Source of the DNA: an uncultured Actinomycetes bacterium
Lineage (GTDB): Bacteria; Actinomycetota; UBA4738; HRBIN12
Length of the DNA: 64,000 nt
Direction: 5' to 3'
NCBI GenBank assembly: GCA_963700855.1
Contig: CAVOYV010000005.1
Location: forward strand, 70,206-134,205
How positions within the stretch are numbered: position 1 is the first letter of the stretch; each line of letters begins with the position of its first letter. Made by a program: the position numbers and the translations under genes. This document shows positions 45,510-54,354 of this stretch, in pieces. The notes below the pieces were generated by a model. It made no database searches. It worked only from the letters and a program-made list of their open reading frames with translations, and had not been told where the DNA came from.

Positions 45510-47336
45510 GTGACGGGGGAGCTGCGCGTCGTCGCCACGGCCGGTCACGTCGACCACGGGAAGTCCTCGCTGATCGTCCGGCTCACCGGGATCGACCCCG
45601 ACCGCTGGGCCGAGGAGAAGCGCCGCGGCCTCACGATCGACCTGGGCTACGCGTGGGCGACGCTCCCCTCGGGCCGCGAGATCGGGTTCGTGGACGTGCC
45701 CGGCCACGAACGCTTCATCGGCAACATGCTGGCGGGGGTCGGTCCGGTCCGTCTGGTGCTGTTCGTGGTCGCCGCGGACGAGGGATGGAAACCGCAGTCC
45801 GAAGAGCACCTCCAGATCCTCGACGTGCTCGGCGTCGCCGGGGGGGTCGTCGCGCTGACGAAGCGCGACCTGGTCGACGACGAGACGCTCGCGATCGCGA
45901 TCGACGAGGTGCGCGAACGGGTCGCCGGCACCGGGCTGGCGGACGCGCCGATCGTCCCGGTGAGCGCGTCGTCGGGCGAGGGGATCGACGTGCTCGTCGA
46001 CGCGATCGACGAGATGCTCACCGCGGCGCCGTCTCCCGAAGAGCGCCGGCCCCGTCTGTTCGTCGACCGGGTGTTCACGATCACCGGAGCGGGGACGGTG
46101 GTCACCGGCACGCTCGAAGGCGACTGCCTGGACGCGCAGGACGAGATCGAGCTGCAGCCGGCGGGGATCCGGGCGCGGATCCGCTCGCTCCAGACCCACA
46201 AGCACCGCGAGGACCGCGCGTGCCCGGTGACCCGCGTGGCGGCGAACCTCGTGGGCGTCGAGCGGGATGCGGTGGGACGCGGCGATGCGCTCGTGCGGCC
46301 CGAGCAGTGGCGCCCCACGCGCACGTTCGACGCCTGGGTCCGGCCGGTCCGCGGCCTCGAGGCGATCCCGGCCCGCGGCGCCTTCAAGGTCCACGCGGGC
46401 GCCGCCGAAGCCGACGCGAGGATCCGGATCGCGACGGCCCCCGACGGTCGCACGTTCGCCCGGATCTCCCTGTCGCGGCCGCTCACGCTCGATGTCGGCG
46501 AGCGATTCGTGCTCCGCGAGTCGGGACGGCGTGCCACGGTGGGCGGCGGGACGGTCCTCGACGTCGGCCCGGTGGGCGTGTTCGGGAAGGAACGGTCACT
46601 CGCCTACCTCGCGCGGATCGCCGACGGGCAGCGTGCCGATCTGCCCGCGATCGTGGTCGGTCACCGCGGCGCGATCCGTGCCGACGACCTGCGTCCGATG
46701 GTCGGCGCCGAGCCCCCCGCCGACCTGGTGGCGGGCGCCTGGTGCGTCGACCCCGAGATCCGGTCCGCAGCGGCGCGCGACCTCACCCTGATGCTCGACG
46801 GCTACCACGACCTCCACCCGCTCGCAGACGGCGCCCCGCTCGCCGACGTCCGGACCGTGGTCATGGGAGCGCTCGACCGCGCCGGAGCCCCGAAGGACGG
46901 GGGGCTGGCCGACGCCCTGCTCGACGGGACCGAGGGCGTGGTGCGGACCGCCACGACGGTGCGGCTCGCCCGCCACCGGGTCGCCCTGGACGATCGCACG
47001 GACGAGGTCGATGGACTCCTTGCCGCGGTCTCCGGAGACCGCGAGGCCACGCCGCCCTCGGTCGAGGAGCTCGTGGCGACGGGGATCGATCGCGATGTCT
47101 TGGAGGCGGCATCTCGGGCCGGCCTGGTCGTGAGGATCACGAACGAGCTCGTGGTCGCGCCGACCCTGGTCGACCGGGCCCTCGCGTTGATCCGCGAGAA
47201 GGCCGAGCAGGGCACCACGGTGAGCGAGCTCCGAGAGCACCTGGGGACGAGCCGCAAGTACGCGGTCCCGCTCGTCGAGTGGATGGACCGCGAGGGCCTG
47301 ACCCGTCGACGCGGCGACCTACGCTTCCCGCGCTGA
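45510..47336 (+). CDS. selB: Selenocysteine-specific translation elongation factor
   Basis: GHVDHGKSSL (G1), DVPGHERF (G3), TKRD (G4), followed by about 300 aa of winged-helix-type C-terminus. It lies immediately after selA. Confidence 0.9.
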   Translation: MTGELRVVATAGHVDHGKSSLIVRLTGIDPDRWAEEKRRGLTIDLGYAWATLPSGREIGFVDVPGHERFIGNMLAGVGPVRLVLFVVAADEGWKPQSEEHLQILDVLGVAGGVVALTKRDLVDDETLAIAIDEVRERVAGTGLADAPIVPVSASSGEGIDVLVDAIDEMLTAAPSPEERRPRLFVDRVFTITGAGTVVTGTLEGDCLDAQDEIELQPAGIRARIRSLQTHKHREDRACPVTRVAANLVGVERDAVGRGDALVRPEQWRPTRTFDAWVRPVRGLEAIPARGAFKVHAGAAEADARIRIATAPDGRTFARISLSRPLTLDVGERFVLRESGRRATVGGGTVLDVGPVGVFGKERSLAYLARIADGQRADLPAIVVGHRGAIRADDLRPMVGAEPPADLVAGAWCVDPEIRSAAARDLTLMLDGYHDLHPLADGAPLADVRTVVMGALDRAGAPKDGGLADALLDGTEGVVRTATTVRLARHRVALDDRTDEVDGLLAAVSGDREATPPSVEELVATGIDRDVLEAASRAGLVVRITNELVVAPTLVDRALALIREKAEQGTTVSELREHLGTSRKYAVPLVEWMDREGLTRRRGDLRFPR

Positions 47337-47816
47337 ACCTTCCGCGGCGTGGACGGCCGCGGTGACGGTGACCTCGACGCTCGCGCCGAGCGGCAGCGAT
47401 GCCATCCCGATCGCCGCCCGGGCGTGCTGCCCCCGATCCCCCAGGACGTCGACCAGCAGCTCGGAGGCCCCGTTCGCCACCTTCGGATGGTCGACGAACC
47501 CGGGCACCGACGCCACGTAGACCGTGACCTGGACGATCCGCTCGAGCCGGGCGAACGAGCCACCGAGCGCGTGATGCAGCGCGGAGAGGGCCTGGAGCGC
47601 CGCGCGCCGCGCAGCCTCGGCGCCCTCGTCCACGTCGACCCGGTCGCCGAGGTGACCGGGGTGCAGGACCACCCCGTCCACGTTCGGGACCTGACCGGAG
47701 ACCACCGCGAGCCCGCCGTGGACCACGCATGGCACGTACGCGGCGACCGCCGACGGGGGCGGGGGGAGCTCCAGACCCAGCTGTTCCAGACGTTCGAAGA
47801 TCGCGTCGTCGTTCAT
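47319..47816 (-). CDS. RidA/YjgF-family protein
   Basis: LAVVSGQVP...IVQVTVYVASVPGF...ARAAIGMASLPLGASVEVTVTAAV. Its 3' end overlaps the selB stop by 18 nt (convergent). Confidence 0.8.
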   Translation of the reverse strand: MNDDAIFERLEQLGLELPPPPSAVAAYVPCVVHGGLAVVSGQVPNVDGVVLHPGHLGDRVDVDEGAEAARRAALQALSALHHALGGSFARLERIVQVTVYVASVPGFVDHPKVANGASELLVDVLGDRGQHARAAIGMASLPLGASVEVTVTAAVHAAEGSAREA

Positions 47817-47855
47817 GGGCTCATCCTGGCAGGCGGGCGATGCGGGAGCCAGGCG

Positions 47856-48179
47856 TCAGTCGGCGCACTGGGTCGAGTTCAACTCGGATCCGATGAACCG
47901 GATCAGATCCTCGTTCCCGGTGCCCGTCCGCTCGATCTGCTCCGACTCCGAGTCCTGCGCGTCCGCCTCCATCTCCAGGAGCGCCGCGCACTCTCCCGCC
48001 GCCGACAGCCGCTCGATCTCGGTCTGGAGGCCGGCGTCGTAGTTCTCCCAGTCCACGACGGACGCGGGGTCGGAGCGCAGGAGGAGCAGCACCGCGACCG
48101 CCACGACCACGACCACCGCGGCGATGAGGACCACCACCCATCGCCGGTACCGCCAGATCTCGGGGGTCGTGTCGCTCAA
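47856..48179 (-). CDS. Small membrane-anchored protein
   Basis: 107-aa ORF with a TM helix (WVVVLIAAVVVVVAVAVLLLL) and an acidic domain containing two Cys. Confidence 0.45.
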   Translation of the reverse strand: MSDTTPEIWRYRRWVVVLIAAVVVVVAVAVLLLLRSDPASVVDWENYDAGLQTEIERLSAAGECAALLEMEADAQDSESEQIERTGTGNEDLIRFIGSELNSTQCAD

Positions 48180-48183
48180 CGGG

Positions 48184-48396
48184 TCAGCCCATGACGAACA
48201 TCAGCCAGATCAGGGCGCCCACGGCCACGACGCCGAGGACCACCAGCCAGGCCCAACGACGGACGCGCACGACCTCGGGCGTCCCGGTCCGCTCGCTCTT
48301 CGGGAAGTCACCTTCGAGGCGCCATCCGTCGGCCGGCCGGCCGCCCGTGACCCACCCCTTCTGGAACCGTCCGGGGGGAGGAGGAGGGTCGCTCAT
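48184..48396 (-). CDS. Small C-terminally anchored membrane protein
   Basis: The start MSDPPPPPGRFQKGW is at 48396. The C-terminal TM helix is WAWLVVLGVVAVGALIWLMFVMG. Confidence 0.4.
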   Translation of the reverse strand: MSDPPPPPGRFQKGWVTGGRPADGWRLEGDFPKSERTGTPEVVRVRRWAWLVVLGVVAVGALIWLMFVMG

Positions 48397-48439
48397 GGGG
48401 TCATCCAAGCACCGGTCTCGTGACGGCGCAACCACGCGC

Positions 48440-48736
48440 TCAGCTGGCCTGCGCGGCGGCATCCGCCTCGCGGGAGCGCAGCACCGCACGTCGCTCCATC
48501 TCGTTGAGACCCCCCCACACGCCGTGGGACTCGCGGGCGGCGAGCGCGTACTCCAGGCAGGGCTCGCGGACGGGACAACGGCTGCAGATCGACTTCGCGA
48601 CGGCCTCGCGGGCGAGCTTCTCCTCGCGCTTCTCGAACCACGGCGGCGCGAAGAAGTAGCCTGCGTCCTGCCCCCGGCAGGCCGCGCTTTCCCACCACGA
48701 TCCGCGTGCCACGTCCATCACCCGGTCATACGGCAC
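48440..48736 (-). CDS. WhiB-family Fe-S transcriptional regulator
   Basis: AACRGQD...CSRCPVREPCLEYA (C-Xn-C-X2-C-X5-C) followed by GVWGG and a basic tail. Confidence 0.85.
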   Translation of the reverse strand: MPYDRVMDVARGSWWESAACRGQDAGYFFAPPWFEKREEKLAREAVAKSICSRCPVREPCLEYALAARESHGVWGGLNEMERRAVLRSREADAAAQAS

Positions 48737-48783
48737 CGCGGTGACGGGGGATCCCCCGTCACCGGAACGTCACATGCCGCGAT

Positions 48784-50124
48784 CTACGCGGGGGCGGTGT
48801 GCTCGGCGTCGGTCGACGGCTCGACCTCGACCTTGAGCACGAGGCCGTCCACCCCGCGCACCCGGACCCTGGAGCCCGGGGGGATCGCCTCACCGAGGCT
48901 CCGGCCCCGCCACAGGGCCCCCTTCACGAAGACCGGGCCGTCGGGCGCGAGGCGGCCCCGCGCCTCCCCCACGAGCCCGATCAACCCGCGCTGGGTCGAC
49001 AAGATCCGGTCCCGCGACTGGATCGCGACCGTCAGTCCGAACCCGTAGTAGAGAGCCGCACCCACGACCATGCCGCCGATCAGCCACGGGGAGATCTGCA
49101 CGGCCTCGGCGACCCCCCCATAGACAAGGATCGATCCCGCCACGAACAGCACCCCGCCGGCGATCGACAGCAGCGCCAGACGTCTGAGCTGGACGTCGAG
49201 GACCAGCAGGAGGTTGCCGGCGAGCAGCAGCGCGAGCCCCAGCCAGTCGGGCGGCACGATCACGATCCCGTAGACGCCGAGGGCCAGCAGGAACAGGCCC
49301 GCGAACCCCGCGAACCCGAACCCGGGCTGCGTGAGCTCGAACGCCAGGCAGGCGATGCCCGCCAGCACCAGCACGTAGATCATCGACGGGGACGCCACGC
49401 CGTGCTGGATCCGTTTGATCGGACCGGGCTCGTTGAACCGGATCGTCACGCCGACCCCGGCCTCGACATCCTCGTCGGTGGTGGCGATCGCCGTGTTCAG
49501 GACCGTAGGCCCCGACGGCGTGGGCACCTCCGTACCGTCGAGCTGGTTCAGGAGCTCGGGGACCGACAGGGCCGCGTACTCGGCGAAGCCTCCCTGCATC
49601 GCCTGCTCCGCGGTGAGCGCCTGGTCCTCGAGGGACCGGTCCACCTCTCGGCCACGCGACGCGAGCCATCCGTCGATCTTCCCGTCGAGGTCGGGCCACC
49701 TGCGCGTAGGGTCGAGCAGATCCACCGGGTTCAGCGGACCGGTCTGGGATCCGGGCGCGACGGCGGCGACCGACGACGCGTACATCAGGAGCAGCCCGCC
49801 GCCGCTCGCGCGCGCCGGCACGGTCCCGACCCACACGATCACCGGGACCGGCAGGTTCGCCACGCGATCGGCGAGCGCCTCGGCGTCTTCTCCGAGGGTT
49901 CCCGACGAGTCGAGCTGGAGCACGACGACCGCGCCGTCGGCGACGGCGACGTCGAGACGCTCGTTCAGGAAGCCGAGGAGCGGCCCGTCGATCGCTCCCT
50001 CGATCTTGATCACGTCGATCGGTGGGTCCTCGTCCGTCGACTGCGCCCAGGCCACGCCCGTCCACGCGGTCAGCGCGACCACGAGCACGGCGAGGAGACG
50101 ACCGGAGCGAGGGGGGACACGCAT
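48784..50124 (-). CDS. NfeD-family membrane-bound ClpP-class serine protease
   Basis: Signal peptide, ClpP-like domain (VVLQLDSSGTL...GGGLLLMYAS), 4-5 TM helices, and a C-terminal OB-like NfeD domain (GLVGEARGRLAPDGPVFVKGALWRGRS...VRVRGVDGLVLKVE). Confidence 0.8.
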   Translation of the reverse strand: MRVPPRSGRLLAVLVVALTAWTGVAWAQSTDEDPPIDVIKIEGAIDGPLLGFLNERLDVAVADGAVVVLQLDSSGTLGEDAEALADRVANLPVPVIVWVGTVPARASGGGLLLMYASSVAAVAPGSQTGPLNPVDLLDPTRRWPDLDGKIDGWLASRGREVDRSLEDQALTAEQAMQGGFAEYAALSVPELLNQLDGTEVPTPSGPTVLNTAIATTDEDVEAGVGVTIRFNEPGPIKRIQHGVASPSMIYVLVLAGIACLAFELTQPGFGFAGFAGLFLLALGVYGIVIVPPDWLGLALLLAGNLLLVLDVQLRRLALLSIAGGVLFVAGSILVYGGVAEAVQISPWLIGGMVVGAALYYGFGLTVAIQSRDRILSTQRGLIGLVGEARGRLAPDGPVFVKGALWRGRSLGEAIPPGSRVRVRGVDGLVLKVEVEPSTDAEHTAPA

Positions 50125-50198
50125 GTGGCGTTCATGCTACGAGGGCGCCACGCACGGCGACCCGGCGGTCGGACCGGGGTATCCTCGCAGGTACACCC

Positions 50199-52706
50199 AT
50201 GTCTCGGCGCACGGATCCTTCCCACCGGGCGGCCCGCCGACCCGTCACCGATCGCTGGGGTTTCAAGCCCGTGGCGTTGCTCCTGTTGGTCCCGGTGATC
50301 GCGGTGACCGCCGGACTCACCGCCGTGGTGCTCGCCCCGCCCTTCATCGGTATGAGCCTGGGCGTCCGCGAGCTGGATCGCCGTCTCACGGCGGCGGGTG
50401 CGGACTTCGACAGGATCCCGAAGTTCCCCCAGCGCTCCACGATCTACGCGGCCGACGGGACCACCGAGCTCGCCCGTGTGTACCTCGACAACCGCGAGAT
50501 CGTGACCCTCCGGGAGGTCAGTCCGATCGCGCGCCGCGCCGTGATCGCGATCGAGGACTCGGCGTTCTACGAGCACGGCGGGATCAACCTCAGTTCGATC
50601 TTCCGCGCGGGGCTCGAGAACCTGCGTGCCGGCGAGGTCGTCGAGGGTGGGTCCACGATCACCCAGCAGCTCGTACGTCAGACGCTGGGGCTGGACGCCG
50701 ACGACGAGAGCCTCGAGCGCAAGCTCCGGGAAGCGGCGCTGGCGATGCGCGTCGAGAACCGGTACCCGAAGGACCGGATCCTCGCGATGTACCTGAACTA
50801 CATGTTCTTCGGCAACAACGTCTACGGGATCGGCACGGCGTCCGAGTACTACTTCGGGCATCCCGCCTCCGAGCTCACGTTGACGGAGGCGGCGTTGCTC
50901 GCCGGTCTCCTCAACGCCCCCTCCCGGTACGACCCGATCGACCGGCCCCGGCACGCTCGCCTGCGGCGCGACGACGTGATCAACGCGATGATGCGTGAGG
51001 GCTTCCTCACGCCGGAACGCGCCGAGGTGGCGAAGTCACGCCCGATCAGGCTCTCGCCCACCGCCGGGCAGCTCAAGAGGACGGTCCCGCCGTTCATCGT
51101 GTCCTACGTGAAGGACCAGATCGTCCAGGACCCGAACGGATGGTACTCCTCGCTCGGCCAGACGCCGGAGGCCCGGACGCGCGCGCTGACGGAGGGCGGG
51201 CTCGACATCGTCACGACGTTCGACGCCGAGTGGCAAGACGCCGCGCAGGCGGCGGCGAACGAGCCGTGGGCGAGGCCGCCGTACCACCCGGACAAGGAGC
51301 CCCCGGCCGACGTGGGGATCACGTCGGTCGACGTCGAGACCGGTGCGATCCGGATGATGCTGTCGGGCAAGAACTACCTGCAGGACCAGGTCAACACGGT
51401 CACCACCGCGCACCAGCCGGGATCGTCGTTCAAGCCGTTCATCCTCGCCGCCGCGCTCGAGCAGGGCATCCCGCCCACCGCCTCGTACTCGGGTGTCCAG
51501 GGCACGATCGACGACCCTCGGTGCGAGACGGACGGCGCCCCGTGGATCGTCTACAACGCCGAGGGCTACAGCCGCGGCTCCATGGATCTCTGGGACGCCA
51601 CCGCCGACTCGGTCAACGCCGTGTTCGCGCGGCTGATCCTCGACGTCGGTCTCGAGAACACGGTCGAGGTCGCCCAGCGGATGGGCATCATGACGCCGCT
51701 GTCGCCGGTGTGCTCGCTGGCGACCGGCTCGGTCGACGTCAGCCCGCTGGATCAGGCCGCCGGCTACCAGACGCTCGCGAACGGTGGGATCCACTGCAGG
51801 CCGTTCGCGGTGAACGAGATCCGGCGGGGCGAGCAGATCCTCTTCCGCCACCGCCCCGACTGCTCACGCGTGCTCACCAAGACGATCGCGAACATCGTGA
51901 CCCAGATGCTCGAAGGCGTCGTCACGTCGGGAACCGCGGCGAGCGTCTTCTCGAGCGGGTGGGGGGAATGGCCCGTCGTCGGCAAGACGGGCACCGCCGA
52001 CGACAACCGAGCCGTCTGGTTCGTGGGCTACACGCGGCAGGTGGCCACGGCCGTATGGGTCGGATCGCAGGGCGACCCGTACGACCTCGATGAGTTCTGG
52101 GGCTACGACGTGTTCGGTGGATCGGTCGCGGCCCCGATATGGCGTTCGTACATGATGCGGATCATGCCGCAGTACCCGCCGGTGCGGTTCCCCGAGCCCG
52201 AGCTGCGCACCGTCCCGTCGGTCGTGGGGCTGTCCGAGGAGGAGGCCCGCGACGTCCTGCTCGAAGCGAGGTTCAAGGTCCGCACCGAGGTGATCGGCTC
52301 CTACCGTCCGGCCGGGATCGTCGCCGATCAGAGCCCGTACGGCGGGTACAGCACGATCCCTGGCGCGACCGTGACGATCTACGTGAGCAACGGCATCGCG
52401 CCGACGGTGACGGTTCCGGACCTACGGAAGCTCTCGCTCGCCGACGCGACGGCGCTGTTGCGGGCCTCGAACCTGTTCGTCAGCGTCGTCGAGGAGCTGG
52501 TCGAGGACGAAGCGCTCGCCGACACGGTGCTCCGGCAGACCCCGAAGCCGGGAACCCCGATCGAGGAGGGCTCGACGGTCACGATCACGGTCGGGGTCGC
52601 GCCCGAGGAGGAGCCGCCCGGCCAGGGCGAGGGCCAAGGCGGGGGCCAGGGCCAGGGCCAAGGCGGGGGGCAGGACCAAGGCGGGGGCCAGGGCGAGGGC
52701 GACTGA
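50199..52706 (+). CDS. ponA: Class A penicillin-binding protein (transglycosylase + transpeptidase) with two C-terminal PASTA domains and a Gly/Gln-rich tail
   Basis: IAIEDSAFYEHGGI, GGSTITQQL, RKLREA (GT51). SSFKP, SRG (SxN-type) and KTGT (transpeptidase). Two VP..VGLS/LRKLS...PASTA-like repeats. Tail GQGEGQGGGQGQGQGGGQDQGGGQGEGD. Confidence 0.9.
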   Translation: MSRRTDPSHRAARRPVTDRWGFKPVALLLLVPVIAVTAGLTAVVLAPPFIGMSLGVRELDRRLTAAGADFDRIPKFPQRSTIYAADGTTELARVYLDNREIVTLREVSPIARRAVIAIEDSAFYEHGGINLSSIFRAGLENLRAGEVVEGGSTITQQLVRQTLGLDADDESLERKLREAALAMRVENRYPKDRILAMYLNYMFFGNNVYGIGTASEYYFGHPASELTLTEAALLAGLLNAPSRYDPIDRPRHARLRRDDVINAMMREGFLTPERAEVAKSRPIRLSPTAGQLKRTVPPFIVSYVKDQIVQDPNGWYSSLGQTPEARTRALTEGGLDIVTTFDAEWQDAAQAAANEPWARPPYHPDKEPPADVGITSVDVETGAIRMMLSGKNYLQDQVNTVTTAHQPGSSFKPFILAAALEQGIPPTASYSGVQGTIDDPRCETDGAPWIVYNAEGYSRGSMDLWDATADSVNAVFARLILDVGLENTVEVAQRMGIMTPLSPVCSLATGSVDVSPLDQAAGYQTLANGGIHCRPFAVNEIRRGEQILFRHRPDCSRVLTKTIANIVTQMLEGVVTSGTAASVFSSGWGEWPVVGKTGTADDNRAVWFVGYTRQVATAVWVGSQGDPYDLDEFWGYDVFGGSVAAPIWRSYMMRIMPQYPPVRFPEPELRTVPSVVGLSEEEARDVLLEARFKVRTEVIGSYRPAGIVADQSPYGGYSTIPGATVTIYVSNGIAPTVTVPDLRKLSLADATALLRASNLFVSVVEELVEDEALADTVLRQTPKPGTPIEEGSTVTITVGVAPEEEPPGQGEGQGGGQGQGQGGGQDQGGGQGEGD

Positions 52707-52724
52707 CCCGCCGACGGCCGAGGC

Positions 52725-53177
52725 TCACTGGCCCAGCCGAGCCCGCACCTTCTGCTGGACGACGGTGCCGTCGACCCGGCCCTTGGCCTTCGACATGATC
52801 GCGCCCATCACCTTGCCCAGTTCCGTCACCGAGGTCGCCCCGGTGCTCGCGATCGCCTCGTCGACGATCGCGTCCACCTGCGCATCGGATAGCTGCGCGG
52901 GCGCGTAGGCGGCCAGGACGTCGCGCTCGGCCCGCTCCTTGTCCGCGAGCTCCTGACGCCCCGCCCCCTCGAACGCCTCGATCGACTCGGAGCGCTTCTT
53001 GACCTCCTTGCCAGCCACCTCGCGCACCTCGTCGTCCGAGAGCTCGTGCAGGACGTCCTTCTCCTTGTTCGTGATCGCGGCGGCGAGCATCCGGAGTGCC
53101 CCCAGACGGGTGCGCTCGCCCGCCTTGAGGGCCTGGGTCATCTCCTCATGAAGCTGGTCCTTGAGCGAAGCGGCCAC
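52725..53177 (-). CDS. GatB/YqeY-domain protein
   Basis: LKDQLHEEMTQALKAGERTRLGALRMLAAAITNKE...GKVMGAIMSKAKGRVDG. Confidence 0.85.
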   Translation of the reverse strand: MAASLKDQLHEEMTQALKAGERTRLGALRMLAAAITNKEKDVLHELSDDEVREVAGKEVKKRSESIEAFEGAGRQELADKERAERDVLAAYAPAQLSDAQVDAIVDEAIASTGATSVTELGKVMGAIMSKAKGRVDGTVVQQKVRARLGQ

Positions 53178-53192
53178 CGTAGACTCCTCCTC

Positions 53193-54071
53193 GTGCCTTC
53201 CCCTGCCGTCGTCGTCTCCGCGGTCCTCGCCCTCGGTGTGGCGTGCGTGCTGTGGGGCATCTTCGTGGAGCGGTCCCGCTACGGCGTGCGCCGGTACCGC
53301 GTCGCCATCCTACCGACGGCCGAGGGGCCGGACCGGCTGGAGGTCCTGCACCTCTCGGACCTCCACTTCGTGCGCGGCGACGCCAAGAAGGCCCGGTTCC
53401 TGGCGTCCCTCCCACAGGCCGACGTCACCATCGTGACGGGCGACTTCCTCGCCGAGCCAGAAGCGGTCGAACGCGCCGTCGAGGCGGTTCGCCCGGTCCG
53501 TGGCCGGTTCGCCTCGTGGTTCGTGCTCGGTTCGAACGATCACTTCGCCCCCCGGCGGCTGAACTACCTCGCGTACTTCTGGCGCACCCGACCGAGGCGG
53601 GTCGCGACCGTCGGGCGCGGACGCGACCTCGTGGCCGGGCTCGAAGGCGACGGATGGGTCGACCTCACCAACAGCCGTCGCGGGACCGCGCTCGACGGCC
53701 TGCCGATCGAGCTGCTCGGCCTGGACGACGCGCACATCCGCAGGCACGACCTGCGCGTGGCCCCCCGTGAGCGCCTCGACCGCCTGGGCGTCGCCGTGAT
53801 GCACTCCCCCGACTCCGCGCCGGAGACCGCCGCGCTCGGCTACGACCTGCTGGTCGCCGGTCACACCCACGGAGGACAGGTGTGCCTGCCGGTCGTCGGG
53901 GCCCTCGTGACGAACAGCGTGATGCCCCGGCGTCTCGTCTCCGGGCTGATCCGGATGGGATCGGCGATCCTCCACACGTCGCCGGGGATCGGCACGAGCA
54001 AGTACGCGCCCTTCCGGTTCTGGTGCCGGCCCGAGGCGACGGTGCTCGAGCTGGTGCGACGCCCGGTCTGA
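53193..54071 (+). CDS. Membrane-anchored metallophosphoesterase
   Basis: HLSDLHF, TGDF, GSNDH, GHTHGGQ. GTG start at 53193, after the divergent YqeY gene. Confidence 0.8.
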   Translation: MPSPAVVVSAVLALGVACVLWGIFVERSRYGVRRYRVAILPTAEGPDRLEVLHLSDLHFVRGDAKKARFLASLPQADVTIVTGDFLAEPEAVERAVEAVRPVRGRFASWFVLGSNDHFAPRRLNYLAYFWRTRPRRVATVGRGRDLVAGLEGDGWVDLTNSRRGTALDGLPIELLGLDDAHIRRHDLRVAPRERLDRLGVAVMHSPDSAPETAALGYDLLVAGHTHGGQVCLPVVGALVTNSVMPRRLVSGLIRMGSAILHTSPGIGTSKYAPFRFWCRPEATVLELVRRPV

Positions 54072-54109
54072 GGTCCCCCCCGATGGCTGGCGCTACACTG
54101 GAACCTCCT

Positions 54110-54183
54110 CGGGACGTAGCGCAGCTTGGTAGCGCGCAGCGTTCGGGACGCTGAGGTCGCGGGTTCAAATCCCGCCGTCCCGA
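54110..54183 (+). tRNA. tRNA-Pro (anticodon CGG)
   Basis: Hand-folded cloverleaf. Acceptor CGGGACG/CGTCCCG, D arm GCGC/GCGC, anticodon stem CAGCG/CGCTG with loop TTCGGGA, T arm GCGGG-TTCAAAT-CCCGC, discriminator A. CCA is not encoded. Confidence 0.85.
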
Positions 54184-54194
54184 CCCGAGGGAGC

Positions 54195-54219
54195 GGGGGC
54201 GGACCATCGGTCCGCCCCC
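54195..54219 (+). terminator. Perfect 11-bp hairpin immediately after tRNA-Pro
   Basis: GGGGGCGGACC-ATC-GGTCCGCCCCC. No T-tract follows. Confidence 0.45.
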
Positions 54220-54354
54220 GCAACCGTCTCGGCAGCCGAGAACCGTTGCGCCCGAACGTCTGTTCGTCGCGTGTTTGACGCTCGTTCAGGTCGGCGGCTA
54301 GGGTGTGGGTCGCGAAGGCTCGGCTCGACCGAGCCTTCGGGCTATCCGGACGTT

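Noticed and set aside
52600-52706. Short GGCCAGGGC/GGCGGGGGC repeats that might look like a tandem repeat or CRISPR-like array.
   Set aside because: They are in frame at the 3' end of the PBP gene and encode a Gly/Gln/Glu low-complexity tail. There is no spacer-repeat structure.
54220-54354. A ydaO (c-di-AMP) riboswitch upstream of the NlpC/P60 hydrolase.
   Set aside because: Only a CCCGAAC fragment and a hairpin are present. The conserved ACGGGG/GGGGAGC-type blocks I remember are not visible. It is kept only as a low-interest hairpin observation.
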